Shown here piece after piece: positions 18,945 to 28,808 of a stretch of DNA of 64,000 bases. Below the pieces are notes generated by a model that ran no database searches, was not told the DNA's origin, and saw only the letters and a program-made list of their open reading frames with translations. Numbering within the stretch: the first letter of the stretch is position 1; each line of letters opens with the position of its first letter. The position numbers and the translations under genes were made by a program. Source of the DNA: an uncultured Nitrososphaeria archaeon (GTDB lineage Archaea > Thermoproteota > Nitrososphaeria > JACIWG01). Where the stretch lies: NCBI GenBank assembly GCA_964448685.1, contig CAYUWR010000038.1, forward strand, positions 23,297-87,296, in the 5' to 3' direction.

Positions 18945-19976
18945 TTGAGGCTTTATGAATATTCGATAAGACGATTATTCCTATTGATATTTGTATTGTT
19001 AGGTGTGACCGTTTTCACTTTCTATTTGTCTAGAGTGGTCTTGAACCCGCTTGGAGCTTACGTTACAGAGAGAACTCGGCCTGAAGCCATCCCGATAATC
19101 GAGAAAAGGCTTGGGCTCGATAAACCTTTCTTTGTACAATACACCATATACCTAGAAGACCTCGTAACATTGAATTGGGGCTGGTCTAGGGTGGCTCACA
19201 TGCCTGTAATAGAAGCCCTATGGTACAGGTTTCCTGCAACAGCCGAATTGGCCATCGCAGCCTTCCTTATCACGATAGCATTAGGTGTGCCTCTGGGGAT
19301 CCTGAGCGCGCTAAAGAATAATAAGGCCATCGACCACATTATAAGGATAATTGCTCTAACCGGAATATCGATACCGGTCTTTTGGCTGGCTCTCACCCTC
19401 CAGTATTCGCTGTCTTATCTGCCTAAAGTCAATGGTCTACCAAGTCTTCCATCAAGTGGCAGATTCGACCCGATCCTCGCACAGTCTTATCCGTTTACAA
19501 GGTACACAGGCTTTGTGATCTTTGACTGCCTGATACAGGGAAACCTGGTTATGGCTGCCGATACCTTCATACATCTGATACTGCCTTCCATAACCTTGGC
19601 CTTCCTAAGCGTGGGACAGATCACAAGGGTGGCTAGGTCCAGTATGCTTGAAGTCATGAGACAAGACTACATATCGACGGCGCGAGCGTATGGCCTGTCA
19701 GAAAGAGTCGTCATATATAAGTACGCACTTAAGAATGCGTTGATCCCAGTAACGACGGTGAGCGGTCTAATGTTCGGAGGCCTGCTCGGTGGGGCGCTGA
19801 TCACTGAGACGATATTCGCGTTTCCGGGGATGGGGCAGCTGACCGTCTTTGCCATATCTTCAAACGATTCCTACACAATTCTCGCCTTTACCGTATTGGC
19901 TTCATTCATCTATGTGATCATAAACTTGGTTGTCGACCTCCTTTACGCAAAGCTTGACCCAAGGATCAGATACTGA
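18945..19976 (+). CDS. dppB: Peptide ABC transporter permease B
   Basis: RFPATAEL, HLILPSITL and RSSMLEVMRQDYISTARAYGL (EAA loop). Confidence 0.93.
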   Translation: MRLYEYSIRRLFLLIFVLLGVTVFTFYLSRVVLNPLGAYVTERTRPEAIPIIEKRLGLDKPFFVQYTIYLEDLVTLNWGWSRVAHMPVIEALWYRFPATAELAIAAFLITIALGVPLGILSALKNNKAIDHIIRIIALTGISIPVFWLALTLQYSLSYLPKVNGLPSLPSSGRFDPILAQSYPFTRYTGFVIFDCLIQGNLVMAADTFIHLILPSITLAFLSVGQITRVARSSMLEVMRQDYISTARAYGLSERVVIYKYALKNALIPVTTVSGLMFGGLLGGALITETIFAFPGMGQLTVFAISSNDSYTILAFTVLASFIYVIINLVVDLLYAKLDPRIRY

Positions 19977-19985
19977 GGCGATGCC

Positions 19986-20855
19986 ATGAACAAGAAGCAG
20001 ACGAGCATGTTCTGGATGGATGTCAGATACGCACTTTCCTTGATCAGAAGAAACAAGCTCGTTGTCGCAGGATTTGTGCTTGTTGGCTTCTTCCTGTTTC
20101 TGGCAATCTTCGGAGACTTCATCGTGGATCCTGGTGTAGCGAAGGTCGTCGACTATCCCAACGCAAATAAGCCTCCCTCTTGGCAGCATCCATTCGGCAC
20201 AGACGATAACGGAAGAGACATAGTCACAATGGTCGTGCTTGCCGCCAAATACGACTTGGCGGTTGCATTCTCTGTCATAAGCGTTTCTATCGTGATAGGA
20301 ATAGTCGTCGGCTCGGTGTCCGGCTACTTCGGCGGATTGATAGATGAAGCTATCATGAGAATAACAGACATATTTCTGGCCTTTCCAGGTCTGGTGCTCG
20401 CGATGGCTATAGCGACAGTCTTAGGCAGGTCGTTCACGAACCTAATGCTCGCATTAATAGTTGTCTGGTGGTCAGGGTATGCAAGGATAATGAGAGGCCA
20501 ATATGTTTCTGAACGTGAGAAACCATATGTTTCAGCAGCAAAGATACTTAATATCCCAAGCTGGAGGATCATGTTTAAGCATATTCTGCCAAACGCGATC
20601 TATCCGATGTTGGTGATCATGACAATGGACATGGGTGGCGTAATATTGACAGCGGCAGGCCTCAGCTTCATAGGGCTAGGCCCTTCACCCTTCGAGCCCG
20701 AATGGGGGTCGCTGGCATCTAGAGGTGCAACCTATCTTCTGCAGGCGCCATGGATCATCTTCTTCCCAGGCTTGGCCATACTTTTTGCAAGCCTAGGCTT
20801 CAACCTCGTCGGAGACGGCCTCAGAGACGTTCTAGATCCGAGGCTAAGGAGGTGA
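19986..20855 (+). CDS. dppC: Peptide ABC transporter permease C
   Basis: HPFGTDDNGRD, MRITDIFLAFP, LSFIGLG and GDGLRDVLDPR. Confidence 0.93.
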   Translation: MNKKQTSMFWMDVRYALSLIRRNKLVVAGFVLVGFFLFLAIFGDFIVDPGVAKVVDYPNANKPPSWQHPFGTDDNGRDIVTMVVLAAKYDLAVAFSVISVSIVIGIVVGSVSGYFGGLIDEAIMRITDIFLAFPGLVLAMAIATVLGRSFTNLMLALIVVWWSGYARIMRGQYVSEREKPYVSAAKILNIPSWRIMFKHILPNAIYPMLVIMTMDMGGVILTAAGLSFIGLGPSPFEPEWGSLASRGATYLLQAPWIIFFPGLAILFASLGFNLVGDGLRDVLDPRLRR

Positions 20856-20859
20856 CATC

Positions 20860-21837
20860 ATGCTCCTCAGAGTCCAAGATCTTGTCGTCGAATTCTACAC
20901 CTACAGAGGCACCGTGCATGCTCTGAATGGGGTCACCTTCGATCTCGACTACGGCGAAGTCTTGGGTTTGGCTGGTGAAACTGGAAGTGGAAAGTCTGTG
21001 ACAGCCTTCTCAATCCAAAGGCTTCTCCCATCAAATGCCAGAATCGTTTCAGGCAAGGTCGTCTTTGACGGAGTCAACCTTCTCGACTTAACAGAAGAAG
21101 AAATGAGGCTGATCAGGGGAAAGAAGATGGCCACGATATTCCAAGATCCACACACATATCTTAATCCAGTCTTCAAGATCGAGAGGCAGTTTATAGATAT
21201 TCTTGCCCAACATGACCCAGAAGTCGCGGGAAAGAGCAAGACGGAGAGGGAGAAGATCGCTTTCGAGAAGGCTGTTGAAATGCTGAAGAAGGTTAAGATG
21301 CCCGCGCCTGAAAGAATCATGCAGATGTTTCCACATGAACTAAGTGGTGGAATGAAACAGAGAGTGCTGCTGGCCATGGCATACTCGCTCCATCCAAAGC
21401 TCATAATAGCAGATGAAGCGACGACGGCATTGGATGTCACGATTCAAGCTCAAGTACTAGAAATAATGAAGGACCTCCAGAGGGAAAGAAATGTCTCTGT
21501 ACTCCTGATAACCCACGATCTAGGCATAATAGCGGAAAACTGTCAGAAGGTCGCGATAATGTACGCGGGGCGTGTGGTCGAATTCGGGCCTGTGACGAAA
21601 GTTCTGATTTCACCCAAGCATCCATACACTCAAGGCCTTATTAGAGCTCTGCCGAGGACAGACAAGGAGGTCAAGCCTATTGGAATTCCAGGCACCGTAC
21701 CGGATCTCGTTAACCCCCCCACAGGATGCCCCTTTAACCTGAGATGCCCACACGCAATGGAGGTGTGTAAGACGAAGGTGCCTCCTTACTTCTCAGAAGA
21801 TGGAGTCAATGTCTCATGCTACCTTTACGTTAGGTGA
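20860..21837 (+). CDS. dppD: Peptide ABC transporter ATPase D
   Basis: GETGSGKS, PHELSGGMKQR, IIADE and HPYTQGL. Confidence 0.94.
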   Translation: MLLRVQDLVVEFYTYRGTVHALNGVTFDLDYGEVLGLAGETGSGKSVTAFSIQRLLPSNARIVSGKVVFDGVNLLDLTEEEMRLIRGKKMATIFQDPHTYLNPVFKIERQFIDILAQHDPEVAGKSKTEREKIAFEKAVEMLKKVKMPAPERIMQMFPHELSGGMKQRVLLAMAYSLHPKLIIADEATTALDVTIQAQVLEIMKDLQRERNVSVLLITHDLGIIAENCQKVAIMYAGRVVEFGPVTKVLISPKHPYTQGLIRALPRTDKEVKPIGIPGTVPDLVNPPTGCPFNLRCPHAMEVCKTKVPPYFSEDGVNVSCYLYVR

Positions 21838-22802
21838 TGATCATGGAAATAATGAAGGTAGACGGTCTCGTCAAACACTTTCCAATACTCGGCGGCATAC
21901 TCCAAAAGACCGTAGGCTACGTCTACGCGGTAAATGATGTCTCCTTCACCGTCGAGAAGGGGGAAACCTACGGGCTTGTCGGAGAATCGGGAAGTGGGAA
22001 GACGACAGTTGGTAGGATAATCGTCAAGCTCCTAGAGCCTACCTCGGGTAAGATATTCTTTGACGGATCAGATGTGACCACAGTCAAGGGAGCCGCACTA
22101 AAGGACTACAGAAGGAAGGTTCAGATGGTATTTCAAGACCCCTATGCTTCGATGAATCCCAGAATGACAGTGAAGAGCATGCTGCTGGAGGTCATGAGAA
22201 CCCATTCGATCAACAGGGGCTCAGAGTATGAGCAGGCCGTTAAACTGATGGAAAGGGTTGGCATGAGCGAAGAGCATCTTTACAGATACCCGCATGAGCT
22301 TTCAGGCGGCCAAAGACAGAGGGTGGTGATCGCCAGAGCACTTAGCGTTGACCCAAAATTTATCGTCCTCGACGAGCCAACCGCCTCCCTTGACGTGTCA
22401 GTTCAGGCTCAGGTCATCGATCTCCTCAAAGAACTTCAACAGAAATATGGGCACTCTTATCTACTGATAACCCACAACTTGGCGATCATAAAGTACATCA
22501 GCCATCACACAACTGTGATGTATCGTGGTGTCTGGGTTGAGTCTTCTCCGACGATCGATCTTTTTAATAGCCCACAGCATCCGTACACGATTGCTTTGAT
22601 GTCCGCGGTTCCCGTCCCTGATCCCTCACTTAAGAGGGATAGGATAATCTTGAAGGGTGAGCCGCCTAATCCAATTGACCAAGTTAAAGCATGCCCCTTC
22701 CAAGACAGGTGCCCGTATGTCATGGACATATGTAGGGAAAAGATGCCTCCTGACATCGACCTTGGTAGGGAGCATTTGGTGAGATGTTGGCTTCGAAAGT
22801 GA
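21834..22802 (+). CDS. dppF: Peptide ABC transporter ATPase F
   Basis: GESGSGKT, YPHELSGGQRQR, VLDEPTASLDVSVQAQ and HPYT. Confidence 0.94.
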   Translation: MMIMEIMKVDGLVKHFPILGGILQKTVGYVYAVNDVSFTVEKGETYGLVGESGSGKTTVGRIIVKLLEPTSGKIFFDGSDVTTVKGAALKDYRRKVQMVFQDPYASMNPRMTVKSMLLEVMRTHSINRGSEYEQAVKLMERVGMSEEHLYRYPHELSGGQRQRVVIARALSVDPKFIVLDEPTASLDVSVQAQVIDLLKELQQKYGHSYLLITHNLAIIKYISHHTTVMYRGVWVESSPTIDLFNSPQHPYTIALMSAVPVPDPSLKRDRIILKGEPPNPIDQVKACPFQDRCPYVMDICREKMPPDIDLGREHLVRCWLRK

Positions 22803-22918
22803 AAGCCGACTACAAGGACTTCCTAGCTCTGACGATCGCCTTCATCAAAGTGCTGTTTCCGATGATCGTCGCAATCATATTGGTTCTCGTTCTGGTTTCA
22901 ATTCTCTTGTTCCACTAG
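22799..22918 (+). CDS. Small membrane protein (39 aa, not in ORF track)
   Basis: GTG overlaps the dppF stop (GTGA); translation MKADYKDFLALTIAFIKVLFPMIVAIILVLVLVSILLFH*. Confidence 0.6.
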   Translation: MKADYKDFLALTIAFIKVLFPMIVAIILVLVLVSILLFH

Positions 22919-22979
22919 CCGACATATAATATTCTGTCGGTGGCTACCTTATTGAATGCTCGAAAGATTATTAGGCTAA

Positions 22980-23684
22980 TTGAATCAAAGAGCTGCAGTG
23001 GCGATTTTGAGCTTCAACTCTAAGACGCTTCTCAAGGTGTTGCCTTATCTGAGAGGAGACTTCGTCGACTTGCCAACTATCTCCATTGAAACTGGCGTCC
23101 CATATCAGACCATTCGAGAGATCTTGGAGTTCCTAAAAGAAGAAGGCTGCACCACAGAAGAAGGAGGATGCTTCAGGTGCCTTAAGGGTGCAACGGTCTC
23201 CTTGGCGATCGAGGCAATAAAGGCAGGCGCATCATTCGAAGAAGTGTTGAAGGCTGTCGGATGGCAGGATTTCGAATCCTTCGTAGACATCGTACTTGCC
23301 GCATATGGGTACAAAACCTTCAAAAACTACAGGCTTAAGAAGCCACGGATCGAAGTAGATGTATTCGCAAGAAGGGGGCGTGTCGGTCTACTCATAGACT
23401 GTAAGCAGTGGCACAAGATACTTAGCCCCTCGAACCTGGAACATATCGTGAGAAAGCAGATCGATCGCGCTAAATCATTGCTGGCATATGACAGCAGTCT
23501 GCCAAGGGACCTAATCCTGATTCCGGTCGTTGTCACACTATTGCCATCATATGTCAAATGCTATGAAGGAGTCCCTGTTGTAGCCTGTGGCGCTCTAAAG
23601 TCGTTTGTTGGCGAAGTGGAAGGGCGAATGGAAGAGTTCGTCAAGGTGAGTTTAGAAGATGGGGACGTCTATGTCAGAGTCTGA
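22980..23684 (+). CDS. PD-(D/E)xK restriction-endonuclease-like protein (Mrr_cat-like) with probable N-terminal wHTH
   Basis: WQDFESFV...GY and EVDVFA...LLIDCKQW catalytic pattern. Confidence 0.8.
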   Translation: MNQRAAVAILSFNSKTLLKVLPYLRGDFVDLPTISIETGVPYQTIREILEFLKEEGCTTEEGGCFRCLKGATVSLAIEAIKAGASFEEVLKAVGWQDFESFVDIVLAAYGYKTFKNYRLKKPRIEVDVFARRGRVGLLIDCKQWHKILSPSNLEHIVRKQIDRAKSLLAYDSSLPRDLILIPVVVTLLPSYVKCYEGVPVVACGALKSFVGEVEGRMEEFVKVSLEDGDVYVRV

Positions 23685-23906
23685 ATGCCTTCCTACGAAA
23701 TACTGATGGCAGAATTGTGGAAGGCTCGCTTAGGGTTGCCTTTTCTTCTCCGGATCCGACATGAGCTTGCCTTAAGGACTCATTTAAGTTGACGTCTTCT
23801 TTATGACTTAAGTCGGGAGATTGACCAATCAATTCAAAACCTGATGTCTGCTCCTATTCTTCTTTTCCGCAAAATTCTTTTAATGTATGCTTCCATATGT
23901 CGGTCG

Positions 23907-24572
23907 ATGATAAAGGCGGTCTTCTTCGACCTCGATGGAACATTGGTAGAATTCAAGTTGGATGTCAGGAGGTCAAAGGCGGAGGTCTTGAGCCTGATCA
24001 GATCTGTGGCTCCTGGTGTCGAAGGATTGAATGAGACCTGCAGCTACTATTCTATGTTGGATAAGGTCCGAAAATCTGTCGATTCCAAGACATATGAGAG
24101 GATTCAAGCATCGGCATACGCCATCCTCGACAGATATGAGATGGAGGCTGCAAAAGAAACAAGTTTAAGAGAGGGCGCTTTAGACGTTCTAAAGTATCTC
24201 AGGATTTCAGGGAAGAAGATCGCGCTTCTCACAAATAGTGGTAGACGTGCCGTTGGCCTCATACTTGAGCGGTTCGATATCGGAAAGTACTTCGATAAGG
24301 TGTTAACACGCGATGAGCTGAGTTCTATGAAGCCATCTCCGGAGGGAATCTGTCTTCTGTTGAATCTCTTCGGCCTAAAGCCTGATGAATGTGTTACGGT
24401 AGGCGATGGGGCGATAGATATCATACCTTCGAGAACAGTAGGATTAAAGTCCATCATCGTGGCTGGTGGCTATGGCCCGTTTAGAAAGGTGCTGGAGCAG
24501 AAGCCTGACTACTTGATCCAAAGCCTCAGCGACCTCCCAAACTTGCTGGAGCTGCTGGAGACGAGTCGTTGA
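23907..24572 (+). CDS. HAD-family hydrolase (phosphoglycolate phosphatase-like)
   Basis: FFDLDGTL, LLTNS, KPSP and VGDGAIDI; ATG at 23907 preferred. Confidence 0.9.
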   Translation: MIKAVFFDLDGTLVEFKLDVRRSKAEVLSLIRSVAPGVEGLNETCSYYSMLDKVRKSVDSKTYERIQASAYAILDRYEMEAAKETSLREGALDVLKYLRISGKKIALLTNSGRRAVGLILERFDIGKYFDKVLTRDELSSMKPSPEGICLLLNLFGLKPDECVTVGDGAIDIIPSRTVGLKSIIVAGGYGPFRKVLEQKPDYLIQSLSDLPNLLELLETSR

Positions 24573-24613
24573 CTTGAATGTGATGTTAAGCCAGAAAGGC
24601 TTATAACCTGTGA

Positions 24614-25882
24614 TTGAGCAATTTTCGAGGCAGAGTGAAAACGTTGAGCGCATATGAGACAGCGTCACAGCAGCTGAAAGTGGCCGCAGAACACTTGAAT
24701 CTCGATATGGCAACCTTAGATGTGCTGAGTAGACCGAAGAGGGAGCTTCAGGTGAGCTTTTCAATCAAGATGGACAACGGCCAGCAGAGGGTGTTCACAG
24801 GCTATCGAGTTCAACATAATGACGCACGTGGGCCCTATAAAGGGGGGATAAGATATCATCCTGCTGTTGAAATAAACGAAGTTCGCGCTCTGGCCATGTG
24901 GATGACCTGGAAGACTGCAGTTCTGAACATTCCATATGGTGGCGCAAAGGGTGGGGTCACATGTAATCCTAAGGAGATGTCGAAGCCCGAGCTGGAAAGG
25001 CTGACAAGGAAATATACGGCCATGATATTTCCGATCATTGGGCCATACACGGACATTCCAGCTCCAGATGTATACACAGACCCTCAGACAATGGCCTGGA
25101 TAATGGACACCTACAGCAAGATGGTCGGCTACCAGGTTCCAGCTGTTGTAACCGGTAAGCCAATATCTTTGGGTGGTTCACGTGGGCGTGCCACTTCCAC
25201 ATCCCGTGGAGTCATAGTCGCCGCGAAGGAGGCTGCGAAGACGTTTAGGAGGGGTTTGGCTGGACGTGGCATAGCCGTTCAAGGGTATGGCAATGTTGGA
25301 GCTAATGCGGCGATCATAGGCAGAGAATATGGTGCAAAGATCGTTGCCGTAAGCGACTCAAAGGGTGGAATATACAATGAGAGGGGACTTAATCCGCTGG
25401 ATGTGCTCAAGCATAAAGAGAGGACAGGCTCTGTCGTAGGCTTTCCGGGAACAAAGGAGATATCAAACGAGGAGCTGCTTGAAGTGCCATGTGATATTCT
25501 TATTCCTTCGGCGCTTGAAGGCCAGATCCGAAGTGAAAACGCAGGAAAGATACAGGCTAAGATAATTGTTGAAGGAGCGAATGGTCCAACTACGCCTGAA
25601 GCTGACAGAATCCTTTTCGATCGAGGCGTTATGGTGGTGCCAGATATATTGGCCAATGGTGGGGGTGTGCTCGTGAGCTATTTTGAGTGGGTACAGAACC
25701 TATCACGTCTATATTGGACAGAGGAAGAAGTCAACAAGAGGCTTGAAAAGAAGATGCGTGAAGCTTTCCTTGAAGTATATGATATCTCGAAGTCTAAGGA
25801 CGTAGATCTGAGGACGGCGGCGTTGATCTTGAGCGTAGGAAGGGTGGTTGAGGCAATGAAGCTTGCAGGCGAGTTCTTCTAG
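24614..25882 (+). CDS. gdhA: Glutamate dehydrogenase
   Basis: RVQHNDARGPYKGGIRYHP, GGAKGG, DIPAPDV, QGYGNVG, EGANGPTT and VSYFEWVQN. Confidence 0.96.
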   Translation: MSNFRGRVKTLSAYETASQQLKVAAEHLNLDMATLDVLSRPKRELQVSFSIKMDNGQQRVFTGYRVQHNDARGPYKGGIRYHPAVEINEVRALAMWMTWKTAVLNIPYGGAKGGVTCNPKEMSKPELERLTRKYTAMIFPIIGPYTDIPAPDVYTDPQTMAWIMDTYSKMVGYQVPAVVTGKPISLGGSRGRATSTSRGVIVAAKEAAKTFRRGLAGRGIAVQGYGNVGANAAIIGREYGAKIVAVSDSKGGIYNERGLNPLDVLKHKERTGSVVGFPGTKEISNEELLEVPCDILIPSALEGQIRSENAGKIQAKIIVEGANGPTTPEADRILFDRGVMVVPDILANGGGVLVSYFEWVQNLSRLYWTEEEVNKRLEKKMREAFLEVYDISKSKDVDLRTAALILSVGRVVEAMKLAGEFF

Positions 25883-25930
25883 GATTGCGCTTTAAGACTT
25901 AAATATTCTCTGAGGCCCACAAGAGACATA

Positions 25931-26779
25931 ATGCCCCTTATAGGTGCTCACGTATCTATCTCCGGCAGCATCAGTCTATCATTTGATAGGGCGAAGTCGA
26001 TGGGATGCACCGCCTTCCAGATCTTCACGAGAAATCCACGTGGCTGGAAGACGAAGAAGCTTGAAGACGACGACTACGTTAGCTTCTTGGAGAAGCTGGA
26101 CTCGACAAAGCTTCTTCCGATAGCCCACATGCCATATCTTCCAAATATAGCATCACCCGATGCCGAAGGCTACCGTAGATCCGTAGAGGTTCTCACGGAA
26201 GAAATGTTGAAATGCAGCAGGCTCAGAATCCCCTATCTTGTGACGCACCTCGGCAGCCACATGGGGACGTCGGAGGATGAGGGCATAAAGAGGGTGGCCA
26301 AGGCATGTAATATTGCCCTCGAAGCCTCCGGTGAAAATGTGGTATTACTCCTTGAAAACACCGCCGGACAGAAGAACAGTGTAGGCCACTCCCTCGAACA
26401 GCTGAAACAGTGCATTGAGATGGTGAAGGAAAAGAAAAGGGTGGGCATATGCTATGACACATGTCATGGATTCGCAGCAGGCTACGACATACGTTCAAAA
26501 GATAGCGTGGACTCGTTCATGGAAGCCTTCGACGAGATAATCGGTCTCAGCTGTCTGAAGATGATTCATGCAAACGATTCAAAGGGGGATCTGAACTGCC
26601 ATCTCGACAGGCACGAGCATATCGGATTCGGAAAGATCGGCTTGGAGGGTTTCAGATCCTTCCTTTCAAGGAAGGAGGTCAGAGATCTGCCTATAATAAT
26701 GGAGACTCCCATGGATTCGGAAGAGGCGTGCCTAAAGGACATCGAGATCTTATGGGATATAGTTCTCGGAAGAATCTGA
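25931..26779 (+). CDS. nfo: Endonuclease IV (AP endonuclease)
   Basis: IGAHVS, HMPYLPN, HLGSH, LLENTAGQ, DTCHGFAAGYD, HANDSK and DRHEHIG. Confidence 0.95.
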   Translation: MPLIGAHVSISGSISLSFDRAKSMGCTAFQIFTRNPRGWKTKKLEDDDYVSFLEKLDSTKLLPIAHMPYLPNIASPDAEGYRRSVEVLTEEMLKCSRLRIPYLVTHLGSHMGTSEDEGIKRVAKACNIALEASGENVVLLLENTAGQKNSVGHSLEQLKQCIEMVKEKKRVGICYDTCHGFAAGYDIRSKDSVDSFMEAFDEIIGLSCLKMIHANDSKGDLNCHLDRHEHIGFGKIGLEGFRSFLSRKEVRDLPIIMETPMDSEEACLKDIEILWDIVLGRI

Positions 26780-26907
26780 CGGCTGGCGTCTCGGACAAAT
26801 GCCTTACGATCATTACTGTCTTCAATAACTCTGATTCTTCATCGACGCCGTATGCTTTTCCACACATTATAATATAAAAGTTTTTTAGCATCGCATCCGT
26901 CTATCTG

Positions 26908-27438
26908 TTGACCAGAAAAGTGTTCGAAATAGACTTTATAGCGATACTCATTTGGGCTATGGTCTCGTTCGGGGTGATGGTAGCGGTAGCAGTAACCTAC
27001 AACGTTGCGAAGAAGATGGTCCTCTACCAGCCTCCAAGGCAAGAGCCCGCTTCTCCTCTGAAGGAGTATTTTATCACAATCGACGTCAGCGACTCAATCC
27101 TGTCATATAATCAGGCGAAGAGCAGCTTCGATAACATGGACTACAAGGGTGCGATAGCAAACTGCCATTTAGCCGTAAAGGATCTTCTGGCGAAAATCTT
27201 GAACTACCTACATGTTTCTCTTCCCCAAGATGTCAATGTTGTCGACATGTCCTTTATCATCCTCAGTAAGGGTGTTAAGGTCTCCTTTGTCGAGCCAGCT
27301 CAACATATGAACTCTATCCGGCTTCGCTCTATCTTGGATCAGCCGGTTTCGAGGGACGAAGTGCTATGGATGCTTTCTGCCTGCAAGATGATGATCGACG
27401 CCTGCAAGGAGTTGCCCATAACATTATACACACAGTGA
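26908..27438 (+). CDS. Hypothetical membrane-anchored protein with HEPN-like helical domain
   Basis: N-terminal TM; QAKSSFDNMDYKGAIANCHLAVKDLL resembles the first HEPN helices. Confidence 0.55.
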   Translation: MTRKVFEIDFIAILIWAMVSFGVMVAVAVTYNVAKKMVLYQPPRQEPASPLKEYFITIDVSDSILSYNQAKSSFDNMDYKGAIANCHLAVKDLLAKILNYLHVSLPQDVNVVDMSFIILSKGVKVSFVEPAQHMNSIRLRSILDQPVSRDEVLWMLSACKMMIDACKELPITLYTQ

Positions 27439-27765
27439 GAATGGTTAAGAAGGAGCTTCTTGCCAATCATGGGCACTAGGCTCATCGCCATCATGAATTG
27501 TCAAATGCCTAGGTTCTTACGAGGCTTGATTATGGGCATCCTGCTCGATCTTGGAGTCAACACTCACGAATATTATAACTCAGCGTGATGTCAAATTGTT
27601 TCCACGCCGGGTAGGTCTTTAGGGTGCTGGTCGCCATTAATCAGGGTGATGTTCTTGTGCTGGGCTGTAGCATATCCCAGCGTATTAAAAATAGGGCTTA
27701 AAATTAAAAGCATACACTTATAAAATACTTTAAGGTACTAAAAATTTAATAAGAACAATGGGTTA

Positions 27766-28808
27766 ATGGAGCATAGTTTGAAAAGAGTTAATATTTCGCC
27801 AGCCTTGGTTTTATTTTTTCTTGCTCCTGCTGTAGGCGAGCTACTTTCTGGATCTTCTCCTCCTCTGGAATTTTTTAATCCCTTCTCCTTATTGTTCCTC
27901 TCTTCATTATACGGTGGTGGCGCGATCGTGGTTCATGAGTTGAAAGTTTCTTGGAGGAAAGATTTTAGAGCTGTTGTATTGTTGGGTGCTGCCTACGGAA
28001 TTCTAGAGGAAGGTTTAGTTGTTAAGAGCTTTTTTGACCCTAACTGGGTTGATTTGGGAATATTAGGCGTTTATGGTAGGTGGTTAGGTGTAAATTGGGT
28101 TTGGGCTGAAATGCTTACAATTTATCATTCAATTTTTAGCATAAGCATTCCCATAATTCTAGTCGAACTTGCTTATCCTGAAAGAAGACTTGAAAGCTGG
28201 GTTAGCATGAAGACTTTAAAGCTTTTGGCAGCTATCTTAGCTTTCGACACTATCATAGGATCCTTCCTGACAAACTATATTCCTCCTTTAACATACTATT
28301 TAACAGCCTTTTTAGTAATGTAACAGCCTTTTTAGTAATGAGCCTTTTTATATATTTGGCCTATGAACTTCCAGCTGAAAAGGATAAGACACATAAGAGA
28401 AATGGTGATCCTAGATTGCTATTTAGTGTAGGTTTGATTGGTAGTACATGCTTTTTCTTACTTTTTTGGGCTGGACCACACATTGTTAGCTATCCAGTTG
28501 TCCTAATGATTTTAGGTATAGTGCTGGTTTTTGGCTTGTTTAAGTTTCTTAGAAGATTTGACTGGAATAACCCTATTTCGGATCTTAATCGTTTGGCTGT
28601 TGCCAGCGGTGCACTCTCCTTTCTTATTTTCTTATCTTTATTGCAGGAATTTAATGCAAGAGGTATGGCTCTTGTAGGTTTCGCAGCAGCGTTTGGGCTT
28701 TTGCTTTTGAGAAGAAAAGTTAAAATGCGCATAACAAAATCGACTTCATCTTCACAATGGATCTATTCTTTGACTCTTCTAGGGAAAAGATTAATAGAAG
28801 CAAATTAG
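27766..28808 (+). pseudogene. Polytopic membrane protein gene split into two ORFs (27766-28323 and 28338-28808) by a 20-bp duplication
   Basis: Removing one copy of the repeat leaves 1023 nt = 341 codons in a single frame (340 aa); both halves are strongly hydrophobic. Confidence 0.8.
28301..28340 (+). repeat. Exact 20-bp tandem duplication
   Basis: taacagcctttttagtaatg at 28301-28320 and again at 28321-28340. Confidence 0.98.

Noticed and set aside
23685-23792. 35-aa ORF immediately after the nuclease stop
   Set aside because: No motif or compositional signal; such a length is expected by chance.
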